Origin: the human T2T-CHM13v2.0 reference genome, Homo sapiens | Direction: 5' to 3' (one strand) | Assembly: GCF_009914755.1 (NCBI RefSeq) | Contig: NC_060929.1 | Length of the DNA stretch: 64,000 nucleotides | Notes under the pieces: model-generated | Told to the model about the DNA's origin: nothing | What the model saw: only the letters and a program-made list of their open reading frames with translations | Databases searched by the model: none | Part shown: positions 14,517 through 38,584 of the stretch, piece after piece | Layout of the letters: each line of letters starts with the position of its first letter | Position numbering within the stretch: the stretch's first letter is position 1 | Made by a program: the position numbers and the translations under genes

Positions 14517-16173
14517 TGTTTCAATTTTTATTCATCTTATTTTTTCTATGATTATTGCTGAGTTGAAACAACTGTAATTTTGTATATTAATTTTGTAACC
14601 ATTCAGTCACCTTATTGAATTTCCGTATTTGTTTTCATGGCTTTTCAGTGGTTTCTCTTGGGTCTTCTAGGAATGAGGTCATCTGCAAACTAAGAGGTTT
14701 ATTTTTTATTGTTTTTTAAATTGACTTCTTTGTGATAGTTCTCTCTATTATTTTATGCATTGACTAGAAAAATGTTAGGTGATGATGATAAATCTTGCCT
14801 TGAACCTGATTTAATATTAATGCTTTTGTTATAAAATGATTAAATAAAATATTGGTTGTTTATTCATTGAATGAGTATAGGTTTCTGACCCCTTTTGACC
14901 TGTAATAATTTGTGTGATTATTCCTTGGGGACTTTGCCTTTTCACCAGTTTTTTTTCTTTAAGAAATTTTTCTTTATCTTAAGCTGGAGGCAAGATGATA
15001 AAAATTCCTGTTAACCATTCCATTACCTGGCAGAATGTGGGAGGGGAAGGCTAGGGAAGGAGCTGGGACTGTGTATGCATTTGTGTTTGAAGGGTGAGGA
15101 GGCTGGTGCTGAGAAGGATCTTTAGTAGGGAAATTCTGTCTGTCAGAAGCTTCTCCACTGAAGTTGTAAACTAATGCCCCAGAACCAGTTTTCAGGATTT
15201 GTTTCTATTATTGACCTTTCTCTAAAAAGGGATGTGTAAGTCTAGCCTTCTGTTGGCTGCCACTGGTTGCTTAGGTAGGAAAGTTCCTTACCCTTTGGAG
15301 TGGGAGTTACACCCACTGCAATGATGAGCACTGAGATGGTATTGAAACATTACAATAAATGGGTCAGGCTTCCAGGGACAGATCAATAGGAAGACTGAGT
15401 CTGGAAATCTGTGGCTGACCAGAGTGCATGGCCTATTGCTAGGCTGGAAACAGGAGTCCAAGTGTTACCAGATCTTTTGATATTTTGAGAAAGGTTAAGC
15501 ATTCAGATTTGGGTGGAGAGATCTCTGGATTTTTAGATGTTGGCAACTAATTAAAAAAGATTATTTTTCCAACAGTGAGGACCAAACGAAACATGTCAGT
15601 GATGCCCAATGGGATGGTCATTTTATGACCTCTGGGATTGGGTGTCTGTCTGGTATGACTGTGGTTTCTCTTCCAGCCCTGCCTCAGCACATGCTATTGA
15701 ACTGAATTAGTGAAAGGGGCTCTAGGCAAAGCAGATTCCTGTGTTCTCAATTTGGGCATATTAGTATTTTTGCCACCTAATTTCTGCAATCCTGTGCCAT
15801 TTTTCTAAAGGGAATTGTGAATCAGTCGCTTGGTTATATCCTTAAACCTTTCATTGTATTATGTAGCATCTCAAATCTTTTTCTGGTACTGTTTGGAGAC
15901 AGTATTCTTATACTATTGTTTTGCTTTTCAGGCCTCAGAAATTTATTTTTTTTTAAATTGTTGTATTGATGTATAATTGGCATACAATAAACTACATATA
16001 TTTAAAGTGTGTAATTTATTAAGTTTTGACGTATCTATAGACCTGTGAACCTTTACTAAAATCAAGAGTGAACATATTCATCACCCAATAAAGTTTCCTC
16101 ATACTCCTGCTTTCCAATGCCTCCCTCTGCCCCTTTTTGCTCCTGAAACTTATTCTTAAAAAAAGTCTTGTTT

Positions 16174-17385
<1,212 letters not shown>

Positions 17386-17699
17386 TAATTTAACTTTATA
17401 GAAAGGTGTAAAACATTACTTTTCAGGCAAAGTTGATGAGAAAAGCAGTGCGAATTAATGAAACATAAATTATTAAAAAGCTTAAAGTAGGCAAAATATT
17501 TTTAATATTTTTAATTTTTATATCTGGAGCTATACAGAATAAGAATACTTTAAATCAATATTTTTCAGTGAGGGTGGAATGCTCTTGACATCTAGGCAGG
17601 ATAATTCTTGTTCCCCTACCTCTAACCTTTCCAAAATCCTCAGGAAGGTGGTACACTTGTTACACCCATTGTTTACCATGATGGTCTGTCAGATATTAA

Positions 17700-17900
17700 A
17701 GATAGTGGTTAAGAGCATGGTCTTCACAGTCAGACAGATCCAGGTTCAAATACCTTCTTTACCATTTACTAACTGGATTTTGGACATACTACTTAATGTC
17801 TCCAAACTCTATTTTCTTTATCTGTAAAGTAGGAATAACAATAATACTTACTTTATATGGTTGTTGTATAGATTAAATGTTATTTTGCATTCAAAGAGTT
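17700..17900 (+). mobile_element. MIR
   Basis: MIR core-like text: GTGGTTAAGAGCATGG...GGTTCAAAT...TTTTCTTTATCTGTAAAGTAGGAATAA. Confidence 0.7.
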
Positions 17901-17903
17901 TAG

Positions 17904-18382
<479 letters not shown>

Positions 18383-19752
18383 TTAGCCTGGTTTCTGACA
18401 CATAGAAAGCTGTGTCAGAATTTTTAGTTAGTTGTTTGAAAATTTCAGTGTCTTTTATTATAGAAATAATGCTATAAATGAAGTTGTAGTTTGGTTTTCA
18501 GAAAACTCTGTAAAAGTGTATTTAGCACCAAATACACTGTACTGGTTGATAGTATATTGTCTGAGTTTCTCTAGGATTATAAGGGGGAGCCAAAGAAGGA
18601 GAATTCTCTCTTCCTTTTTCAAGAGGAGCCTTGCCAAAATGTTTACCATCTTTTCTTTGGCAGCCCATAATCTCAGTGTTTCATATCGGCTGCCTCTACA
18701 CTAATTCAGGACCATATAGCTTCTCACCTGAACCATTTCAATGGCCTGACAACTCTTCTCCAATTCATTCAACACATTTCTGTCATGGTTAATCCTTTAA
18801 GAAGTATCTTTGTAGAAGTCCCATTTTCTATATGATTTTTTTTCTTTGTTTCAGTTTGGGCTCTCTCTTGTCACAGAATAATATAGAAACTCCATCACAG
18901 AGTATTCCAGGCCCCGCATTGTGGCTTCCTGCTACCTTTCTAGCTTCATTGTCTACTCTAATTCATTTCCTTTCACGCTGTCTCCAGAGTCCTAAAAATG
19001 AAGGAAAAGCTATTTTGAAGAATAAGTAAGTAAACTTTTATCAGCACTAGAAAACAAAAAAATGTATCATCAAGGGATTATAAAGCTTGATGAATTTCTG
19101 AAAGGTAGAAAGAAGGAAAAATTGGACTGAAGAAAGAAACCAGATCCCAAAGCAGGGTTTAGAGAGGACTGTGGTGAAAAAGTGGAGGGTAGGGGAGCAG
19201 AAGGGAGGGCTCCAAGTGCAGAGATTGTGGATCCAAATGCAATTCTGAGTTCCTTACTCTCTGCTTATATAAGTTGTTTAGAAGTAAGCATATTAAGCTA
19301 ATAAGCTTTAATTAAAGCCTCTTTTTTACTTAATTTTGGGTAATCAGTTTTACCCTTGATATCTTTATAGTCACTGCAGTTTTTAAGATTCTGTCTTACT
19401 CTAGCCTTCTTAGTTTGCAGAGGTGGTTCTTTTTATATTAGGAAAAATGTCAGGAGCAAATATGTGAATTATTAATGTTCTCCTAGAGTCACACTATAAT
19501 CACATGGTCAGTGCATGTTTGTCATGGTGAATCATAAAAATACATCTAGAAGCCAAGGTGTTAGAGTTGTTTTAGTTCATCAAGACTGACATTGCATAAA
19601 TGAGTCCCTAACATTCTTTGGACAGAAAGAATCCCAGGTGGTTCTCCTGCTTTTGTGCCTTCATGGATTCCTAGATCTGCTTTCTGTTCTAGAGAGCTGA
19701 AAAACATTGTATAATCTCGAATTTCACCTTGTTTTTGAGATGCAACCTTTGA

Positions 19753-20148
<396 letters not shown>

Positions 20149-20934
20149 TAAGTCTAATATATCAATCGAGGCAAAAGATTTGCCTGTTTTGTGCTACCTT
20201 ATGATTTCTCACTTTGTATTCCCTTTGAGCCCTATACTTCTTAAGTGTCATCACTTTCATTTCCTGTTTTCTACTCATTAAAAAAAGGGGGAAAATGTGC
20301 TAAAGTATTCACATAATTATATAAACACTAAAGTACAGACAAAAATGGTGGCTGAGGTGAAAATGATCTGCTGGCAGGCAATGCCACCCTGTAGAAGCTC
20401 AGAATGTCCTGTCATCAGCTGATGAAGAAATGTCCTAAATTGGCAAAGATAGCAATTTAAGTATCTTAATGTAACAATTCATAAATGTGTAGGTTATTTA
20501 AAAGTCCAGTGTATAAAACTTGAGAATTGCTTGCATGGATTTTATTTCTGGAGATAATTTGTGTTGTGGAGAAATTATATAGACCCAGAGAGGTGTAATT
20601 ACAGAAGTTGTTTTCATAAATGGAGATTTTGATGCAGATCTAGATAACTAGTTGCGATTCTGCTGCGATTGCTAAATATTTGATTTTTACTTAAATTTAA
20701 TTATTCACTTTAAATTTATTTTACTAAATCAATTTAGTTTAATTTACTTCACTACTTAATTTTTGCTTAACTTTTATTCTTCTTCCACTAATTTACCTTT
20801 AAAATGTTTACATCTACTTATGTTTTTAAAGTCTTCACAAGACCCACTTTACCAGTTTAGTTCTCAGTTTCTTTGTTTGTGATATGATGGTGCAGTTACT
20901 AAATTGTTAATGGTGCTAAGGTCAGTGCTTAGGT

Positions 20935-21230
<296 letters not shown>

Positions 21231-21369
21231 TAGACTCCAGGGCCCATGGCCTCTAGTGGTTGCTTTTCAAAGAAGCACATCAAAAGGACTATGCATCAAT
21301 AGCAAATGGCAATCATATGCTGAAGGTAGGTTAAGTTTGCAACTGAAAGTAAAATTTGTAGACGGAATA

Positions 21370-21595
21370 TCATAGTGGTTAAGACCTTGGCCTTTGGAAC
21401 TGTTTAGAACTGGGTTAAATCCTAGATATGACTTGTATCCTCATGCAAGTTATTTTTTCTTTCACATCCTTAGTTTTTACATCTAGCAAATGTGAATAAT
21501 AACAGTTACCATGTACATGATTATAAGGATAATGAGAAAACAAATATGAAAGTACTTAGCAGAGTACCTGATATACAGGAAGCATTCAATATATC
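21370..21595 (+). mobile_element. MIR
   Basis: CATAGTGGTTAAGA...AAAGTACTTAGCAGAGTACCTG...CATTCAAT. Confidence 0.65.
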
Positions 21596-21619
21596 TTAAC
21601 CTATAAAAAGTAATAAGAA

Positions 21620-27473
<5,854 letters not shown>

Positions 27474-27610
27474 AAAACTACCTATCGGATACTATGCTTA
27501 TCACTTTGGTGGCAAAATAATGTGTACACCAGACCCCTGTGACATGCAGTTTACCTATACAACAAACCTGCTCTTGTACCCCGAACCTAAAATAAAAGTT
27601 CAAAAAAACG
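27474..27610 (+). mobile_element. Second L1PA13-16-like 3' end, directly behind the first
   Basis: A diverged copy of the preceding L1 terminus (...CCCCTGTGACATGC...GAACCTAAAATAAAAGTT plus A tail). Confidence 0.8.
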
Positions 27611-27769
27611 AGAAAAAAATTATTTCACGTGACCTAAGAACACAGTATTTTGACTATCCTTAATGGGATTTAATTGAAGGATAAATAGTGCTATAAAGAA
27701 ATTGTAAGCTTTAAAAAATAACCTGGTTGTTAATAGTACTCTCAATATCTTATGCTTTTGTGATTGTTT

Positions 27770-29880
<2,111 letters not shown>

Positions 29881-29943
29881 ATATGCTTCCTTTTGTCTCA
29901 CAACAATTTACTCATGTTTTCTAAACTTAATTTATAATTATTC

Positions 29944-30298
<355 letters not shown>

Positions 30299-31294
30299 TA
30301 GAAATTTTGTTTTGTTTGATTTTTGTGTTTCAGTTTAGGATCTCAGTTTTCAGTTCTGTGATTCCACCTTTCATAAGTGATTGATAAAATAATTTCCTAT
30401 AGATTTTCAGCTTCCTTCTCTCACTTTTGTATAGCAGAAACAGGAAGAGAGAACGTTCAGATTGAAAACAAAATATCCTACTTTCTTGAGATTATATTTT
30501 ATACAATTAATACTAGATCATTTTGTGTGTTAGTCTTTCAGAAGAATTAAAGAGCCTCTTCTCTCTGTTAATCCCTTGTCTCTTCTAAACATACTTGATT
30601 ATAATTTGAAGTATACGTGGCAACATACCAGAAATATTTTATCTCCATTACAGTTTAGGAACGCTTATTGAAAGGGCTTGTTTGCTAATTTATATATAGT
30701 AAAAATTTTAAATTTCATTTTATTCTGAGTATAAATTTAAACTGATTTTTATGATTTCTTCTTTTCAGTAGCTTTTCTCTTTCATATTACTTTCCTTAAA
30801 ACCCTTTGCCATTATGCTAATACATTAAATTCATATTTTTAAAATGGATTCTAAAAATCTCCATATTTTACTGTATTTCATCTCTGAGTACAAAGCCCAC
30901 CATGGACCTTCCCATCATTTTTGTTGTCCTGCTGAATTTCTTACTTTGTTTATTTGCACAGCAGATCTTTATTTTTAAATGTCTTATTATGAAACATTTC
31001 AAGCATACAAAAGTAAAGAGAATAGTATAATGAATTCCCGCATACCCATCACCTAGCTTCCACAATTATCGACTCACAGCCAGAGATGGTGTTTCAAAGC
31101 ATCTGTGGCATATATGAAGTGATGTAATATATTTCAACCTAATTAACTTAGCTTTCTTTATTTTCCCCATATGTATTCAAATTATAGGCTGTTCATGTGT
31201 GCTCTGTACGTTTATAATTATATATTAAAATTAATGAATGAATTCAAGAAAAGACTCTAAAGCCATGAAATATTGTTTCTATAAATTTTTATAT

Positions 31295-31830
<536 letters not shown>

Positions 31831-32089
31831 ATTTCTACAAATTTTGATTTACAATTTTATGAAGGAAACAGCTAAAGAGAGAATTTGGAGTGAATTTCTA
31901 TTAGATGATGACTTCTTGAATTACATAGCCTCGTTCTATTAGGAGATTACATTTTTATTTCTGAAATACATTATTAAACAGTATTAAAAATGCTTTCCAT
32001 GTGTATTTGACAAGAGTAGTTTTCACCATGTCTCACATTTGCTAATATAAACCCAACTGAATATTTCTATCAGAATATAATCAAATTAG

Positions 32090-32410
<321 letters not shown>

Positions 32411-34032
32411 AATTCATATTTTTAAATACAATTACTTTACTTTGCCTACCCATTTACTTTTGTGTCATATATATATATGCACACACATATATATATTTGT
32501 TGGAAATAATTATTTATTTTTACTTCAAAGGTGAAATATTAAGTATCCACTTAAAATTTTAATCTTTATAAAGACAATATGCTTATATAGATTCTTTCCT
32601 AAAATTTAGTTACAATTTTAAGGTTCACTAAAAGAAATAGATATTTCTCACAGGTTTTTTAAGAATAATATTGCTTTATTTGAGTGACAAATAAATACAT
32701 TTGTTGTTGTGAAATACTTTTTGACTAACATTTATTCTTCCAGTTTACCTTATAGATCTTTCCATATCTCCTTATTAATCCTTTTTAGGGGGGTCATGAG
32801 CATGTTACTGCTGTGGTTTTAGTGTAATACTGTATTTGTTTAAGTCATCTGCTGTGAGTTAATGAAATATCATTTCTAGCTCCAGATGTCACTAGATAAA
32901 GATTAAATATATTGCATTCATATAATCTCTTGATGAAGCTAGAGTAGATTTTTTTTTCTTTACCTTAGGAGATTAGGAGAAAAATGCACTTGGAGCAGTA
33001 GGCTGTGTTTTTGTAATAAACACTAAATCCTAGTCAGTTATACTAGATTTTTCCATTCATAATTTATTGAGTGTTATGATTTGTCACTTAAGCATATGCA
33101 AATCTTAAGCAATAATTTCAAGAAGAACAGGTTGTATCACTTGTGAATTAAATACCTTTGAATACTATTTTTAAAGATTATCAAAACTATCTGAGAAGGA
33201 AAGCTATAATACTTCACAAATTTATAAATGAAAAATTTTAAAATGATAGTAATTGTGCAAGTTTAACAAATAAGAGCACATGCCTGGTTAACAGTGATGT
33301 TTTAGTTCAGCTGTATTTCAAAAAGCCTTGTAGGAAGTTATCTTTACACTGGTGAGTTTATCAAGCCCAGGATCTGACCCTCAGCTTTTTGGGTTCAGAT
33401 GGAATGGAATGGAGCTGTCTCCCAAAAACAGACTCACATTAAACAGTGTCAAAGGACAGATTATGTCTATATCTAATCTGACTTATATATACTAGACATA
33501 TATATTTTATTTGTTTATTACATTTATATATGATTGGATGTATATCAGAATCAAATGTATTAATTTATAATAAGTAGAATTGTCAAATGAACTGAAATCA
33601 CCATCTCAGCATGATAGCTCATTTTTGTTTTGTAGGTGAACAAAACCATAATCGTATGAACCTAGAATGAGTTCAAATTTTTTCTCATAGTTGCATAAAT
33701 GGAATATTTAATGGCATAATCTAAACGTGGCATTAGTACATCTTGCTCCACAGTATGGGTAGTCTTACCATTGAGGCCAAATTGTTTAAAGGGTGTACGG
33801 TTAAAAGACTCTTTCTCCTGAACAGTGTAGTGGACACTGCTGATGTTTGTTTCACTGATCTAATTTTTTAAAGTATTAATTACTGATTAATTGCTCTTTT
33901 GGTTGCCATTGAGTTCCAGTTAAATCTTGCAGGCTAGGGAACCATTTTTTTTCTCGTTAAGGTAATTTGCCTATATCCTCTGATCTATGATGAGTTAATT
34001 TCATCTTTAACTCAGAAAGAGTTTTCTTATAT

Positions 34033-34794
34033 ATATATATTTTTTGTTATTTAGTTTTTATTTCATAATCATAAACTTAACTCTGCAATCCAGCTAGGCA
34101 TGGGAGGGAACAAGGAAAACATGGAACCCAAAGGGAACTGCAGCGAGAGCACAAAGATTCTAGGATACTGCGAGCAAATGGGATGGAGGGGTGCTCTCCT
34201 GAGCTACAGAAGGAATGGTCTGGTGGTTAAGATAAAACACAAGTCAAACTTATTCGAGTTGTCCACAGTCAGCAATGGTGATCTTCTTGCTGGTCTTGCC
34301 ATTCCTGGACCCAAAGCACTCCATGACCTCCACAATATTCATGCCTTCTTTCACTTTGCCACAGATCACATGCATGCCATCCAACCACTCAGTCTTGGCA
34401 GTGCAGATGAAAAACTGGGAGCCATTTGTGTTGGGTCCAGCATTTGCCATGGACAAGATGCCAGGACCTGTATGCTTTAGGATGAAGTTCTCATCTTCAA
34501 ATTTCTCCCCATAGATGGACTTGCCACTAGTGCCATTATGGCGTGTGAAGTCACCACCCTGACACATAAACCCTGGAATAATTCTGTGAAAGCAGGAACC
34601 CTTATAACCAAATCCTTTCTCTCCAGTGCTCAGAGCATGAAAATTTTCTGCTGTCTTTGGGACCTTGTCAGCTAACAGCTCAAAGGAGACGCGGCCCAAG
34701 GGCTCGCCATCGACGGCAATGTCGAAGAACACGGTGGGGTTGACCATGGCTAATAGTACACAGTTTTCCTCGGCGGCGTCATCTGCAAAGCCGC
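34033..34794 (-). pseudogene. PPIAP11: Processed PPIA (cyclophilin A) pseudogene with uninterrupted ORF at 34250-34747
   Basis: Intronless 165-aa [27 protein letters not shown]...IADCGQLE, with PPIA 5' UTR (GCCGAGGAAAACTGTGTACTATTAGCC-ATG), 3' UTR with AATAAA, a decayed poly(A), and TSD TTTCTTATAT (34023-34032 and 34795-34804). The symbol is my recollection of the PPIA copy inside ATG10 and should be verified. Confidence 0.93.
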
Positions 34795-35769
34795 TTTCTT
34801 ATATTTCTTGTCCTCAAGGTCTTGGAGAATGTTTCCAAGTACAGACAAAATTCTGATTATGAATATCTGTAAAAATGGAGGGGAAAAATAACCAATTATT
34901 TCACTTCCTTAATACAATTGTGATTATTTTGGCTAATTCCCCTCATATGTGGGGAATTTCGTTTTGGTACCTGTACTCTTAATTAGATAAATAAGTGTTG
35001 CTATGTTTTCCAATTGGGATTTTGATGGCTGTCCTTTTAAATTTATAAATTTGGAGTGAAATTATGTATCTATAATGTTGTCTTCCCTTTTAGGAACATG
35101 CTAGGTGTTCACTTTTTAAAGTCTTCAGTGAAGTTTGAAATTCACGGTTTGAATGGGGCTTTAATTAATTAATTAACTAATTTCTTTAAGTCGATCCATG
35201 ATAGGATAAAATAGCGATAGATTTAGCTTTATTTAGAGAGACTGGGTTTTCCCCATTTTAAGGTCTAAGGTTATTGCTGATATGCAGGTAAGATATTGAT
35301 TTTACTAGGTATATTTTGTAACTGGTTACCTTACTGAACTAACACTAGGTCTAATAGTATAAAAAGTAATTCTTTGGTGCTTTCCATGTCATCTGATATA
35401 ATGAAAATATGGTTTCTTTTCCAATATTTATGGCTTCATTTTGGTCATATTGTATTAAAGCTTCCAGAACAAGTTGTGCACTATAGCAGCAATTGCTTGT
35501 GTTCTAGTTTTACAGCATTCTTTTTATGCACACAGTGTTCCTGTGAGTGTATAGGACAGTCTTATTTTCTTTATTTTACATAAAGATAGTTTAAGTAAAT
35601 AAATAAACTTAGCACCAAGGTAACAATTGACTTGTCCAACTTGGAGCTAAAACTGAAATAGAAACCCAGGTCTTTGGACCACTGCGTTCCCATATTTCTG
35701 TATGCTACTTATCGTTTTCTAAGTAATAAATTTTATACAAAGTTTAATTATGTAAGCAGTCTCATGGAT

Positions 35770-36220
35770 TAAAGTTCTATAAATCTCAAACTCAACATGA
35801 TTAAAACTGAGCTGATCATTTTTTGCCCTCAATATCCACTGCTCCTTCTGAATTCTTTTTTTTTCTAGATGGCTCCACCAACCTCCGACTCAGGCCATGA
35901 CCCTGAAGGTTTTACATTCCTCTGCCTCAATACATATACTGAATGGATCATTACATCAATTTATTCCATCTTTAAAAATCTCTCAAGTTGGCTTACCTCT
36001 GCCCTCCTTGCCCATCACCATTCTTTTTGTTCAGGCTATCATTATTTCTGCTCTTTGTCTCTAATCTTGCCCTCTGCCAACCTGCCTCTAAGCCTGCCAA
36101 GGTGATCTTATAAAATGCAATTCCACTCCATTACTCTCTGGTTAAAATCCTTTAGTGATTCTTCATTATTCAGGATATAGTTCAGTCTCCTTAGCTAAGC
36201 ACGCAAAACTCTTGCTTAAA
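35770..36220 (+). mobile_element. L2 fragment
   Basis: L2-like CTCAAACTCAACATGATTAAAACTGAGCT and TTAAAATCCTTTAGTGATTCTTCATT text. Confidence 0.55.
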
Positions 36221-37304
36221 AAAGATTATTCTTTTGAGCCTGGCTTCGTTCTCTCAACGTTACATTTGTGCATAGCTTAATTGCTGATGATTGGTCAGAG
36301 GTTATGCTCAAACACCTGGAGCCAGTAGGCTTCTCCACTTCCTGATGGTTCTGTGTGGGTTGGGGAGCACATTCGAAGTTTAGGCAGTGTTCAAGTCTGC
36401 CCTGTCTTTTAGTTTCAACCATGTCCTCTGCGTCTACACAAAGCCTCCTCATCAGCCAGGATGTGTGGACAGCTTGGGTCCCCTTAGCTTCCCCTACACA
36501 TGTGAGTGGAAGGCTGCCAGGGTTGTGTGTAGTTTCTCAAGCTTCTCTGTAATCCTTCATTTCCAGAATCTCCCTATTACTATTCCTATTATGGTGCTGG
36601 TTGGTTGGTTGCTTGTGCCAACTGGGATGACTACTACCTCAGGCTTGCTACAGAGATTGCTACTTTTACTGATGATGCTGCTGGATGGCATATTTTCATT
36701 TTCAGCTTCAGATCAGTTGAGCCTCTCTGGCAGTAAGGCTGCTGGTTTCACAGCCTGTGGTCCTGGTAGAACCACCATACTGACCCTCTGGGAGGGATGG
36801 GAGCAACCTCAGGGAGGAATGCCACAGACTCCCACTGTTCTTGCCTGAATTTCAACAGTTTTTCATGAATAAGTGCTTCTTAATATGTTATTTGCCTTTG
36901 GTTGATTCCCAGTTCCCTGAAATGGTTGTTTTTAACAATTTTGTTCAGTTTCAAAGTTGTTTTTTGAAGGGGATTTGTAGTCCTGCCTCCCGAGGCCACA
37001 TGGTTTTAATTTGCATTTTCTAAAAACTAGCTCATTTGAGCATCTTTTCATATGTTTATTAGTTATTTGGTACTTTCTTTTGTGATTTTTATGGCTGTCT
37101 TTTGCCCATAATAACTACATATTTTTTTAGATTGAATCTATGCATCACTTAACTTCACATAGGCAACCCTGACCTCCCAAGTTTGGCTTAGATCCACTCC
37201 TCTGTGTTTCCATACAATTGGTGTACAATTCTGTATGGTGGTCATCTATATACTTGGCTAATTCCCCATAGTAGTCTGAGAGCTCCTTGACAGCAAGCAC
37301 TATG

Positions 37305-37904
<600 letters not shown>

Positions 37905-38584
37905 CATTGTATCATTCTTATGCCTTTGACTCCTCATACCTTAGCTCCCACTTGTGAGTGAGAACATACGATGTTTGGTTTTGCATTTCTGAGTTACTTC
38001 ACTTATAATAATGGTCTCCAATTCCACCCAGCTTGCTGCAAATGCCATTATTTTGTTCCTTTTTATGACTGAGTAGTATTTGGGCTGGTTTCATATTTTT
38101 GCAATTGCAAATTGTGCTGCTTTGAGGGTGTGTGCGAGTATCTTTTTCATAGAATGACTTCTTTTCCTCTGAGTAGATACCCAGGTTGCTGCATCAAATG
38201 GTAGATCTACTTTTAGTTCTTTAAGGAATCCCCACACGTTTTCCATAGTGGTTGTACTATCTTAAATTCCCATCAACAGTGTAAAAGTGTTCCCTTTTCA
38301 CCACATCCACACCAACATCTATTTTTTTTTGATTTTTTGATTATGGCCATTTTGCAGGAGTGAGGTGGTATTGCATTGTGGTTTTGATTTACATTTCCCT
38401 GATAACTAGTGATGTAGAGCATTTTTTCATATGTTTGTTGGCCATTTGTATATCTTCTTTTGAGAATTGTCTATTCATGTCCTTAGCCCACTTTTTGATG
38501 GGATTGTTTTTTTTTCTTGCTGATTTGTTTGAGTTCCTTGTAGATTCTGGATATTAGTCATTTGTCATATTTACAGATTGTGAA

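Noticed and set aside
34100-34514. Plus-strand ORFs over the PPIA copy, and a possible ATG10-CypA fusion analogous to TRIMCyp
   Set aside because: The plus-strand ORFs are antisense shadows. The retrocopy is opposite to ATG10, so it cannot be spliced in as cyclophilin coding sequence.
36387-36848. 153-aa hydrophobic ORF
   Set aside because: Non-ATG start, no recognisable domain, and it appears to lie in decayed repeat-like sequence.
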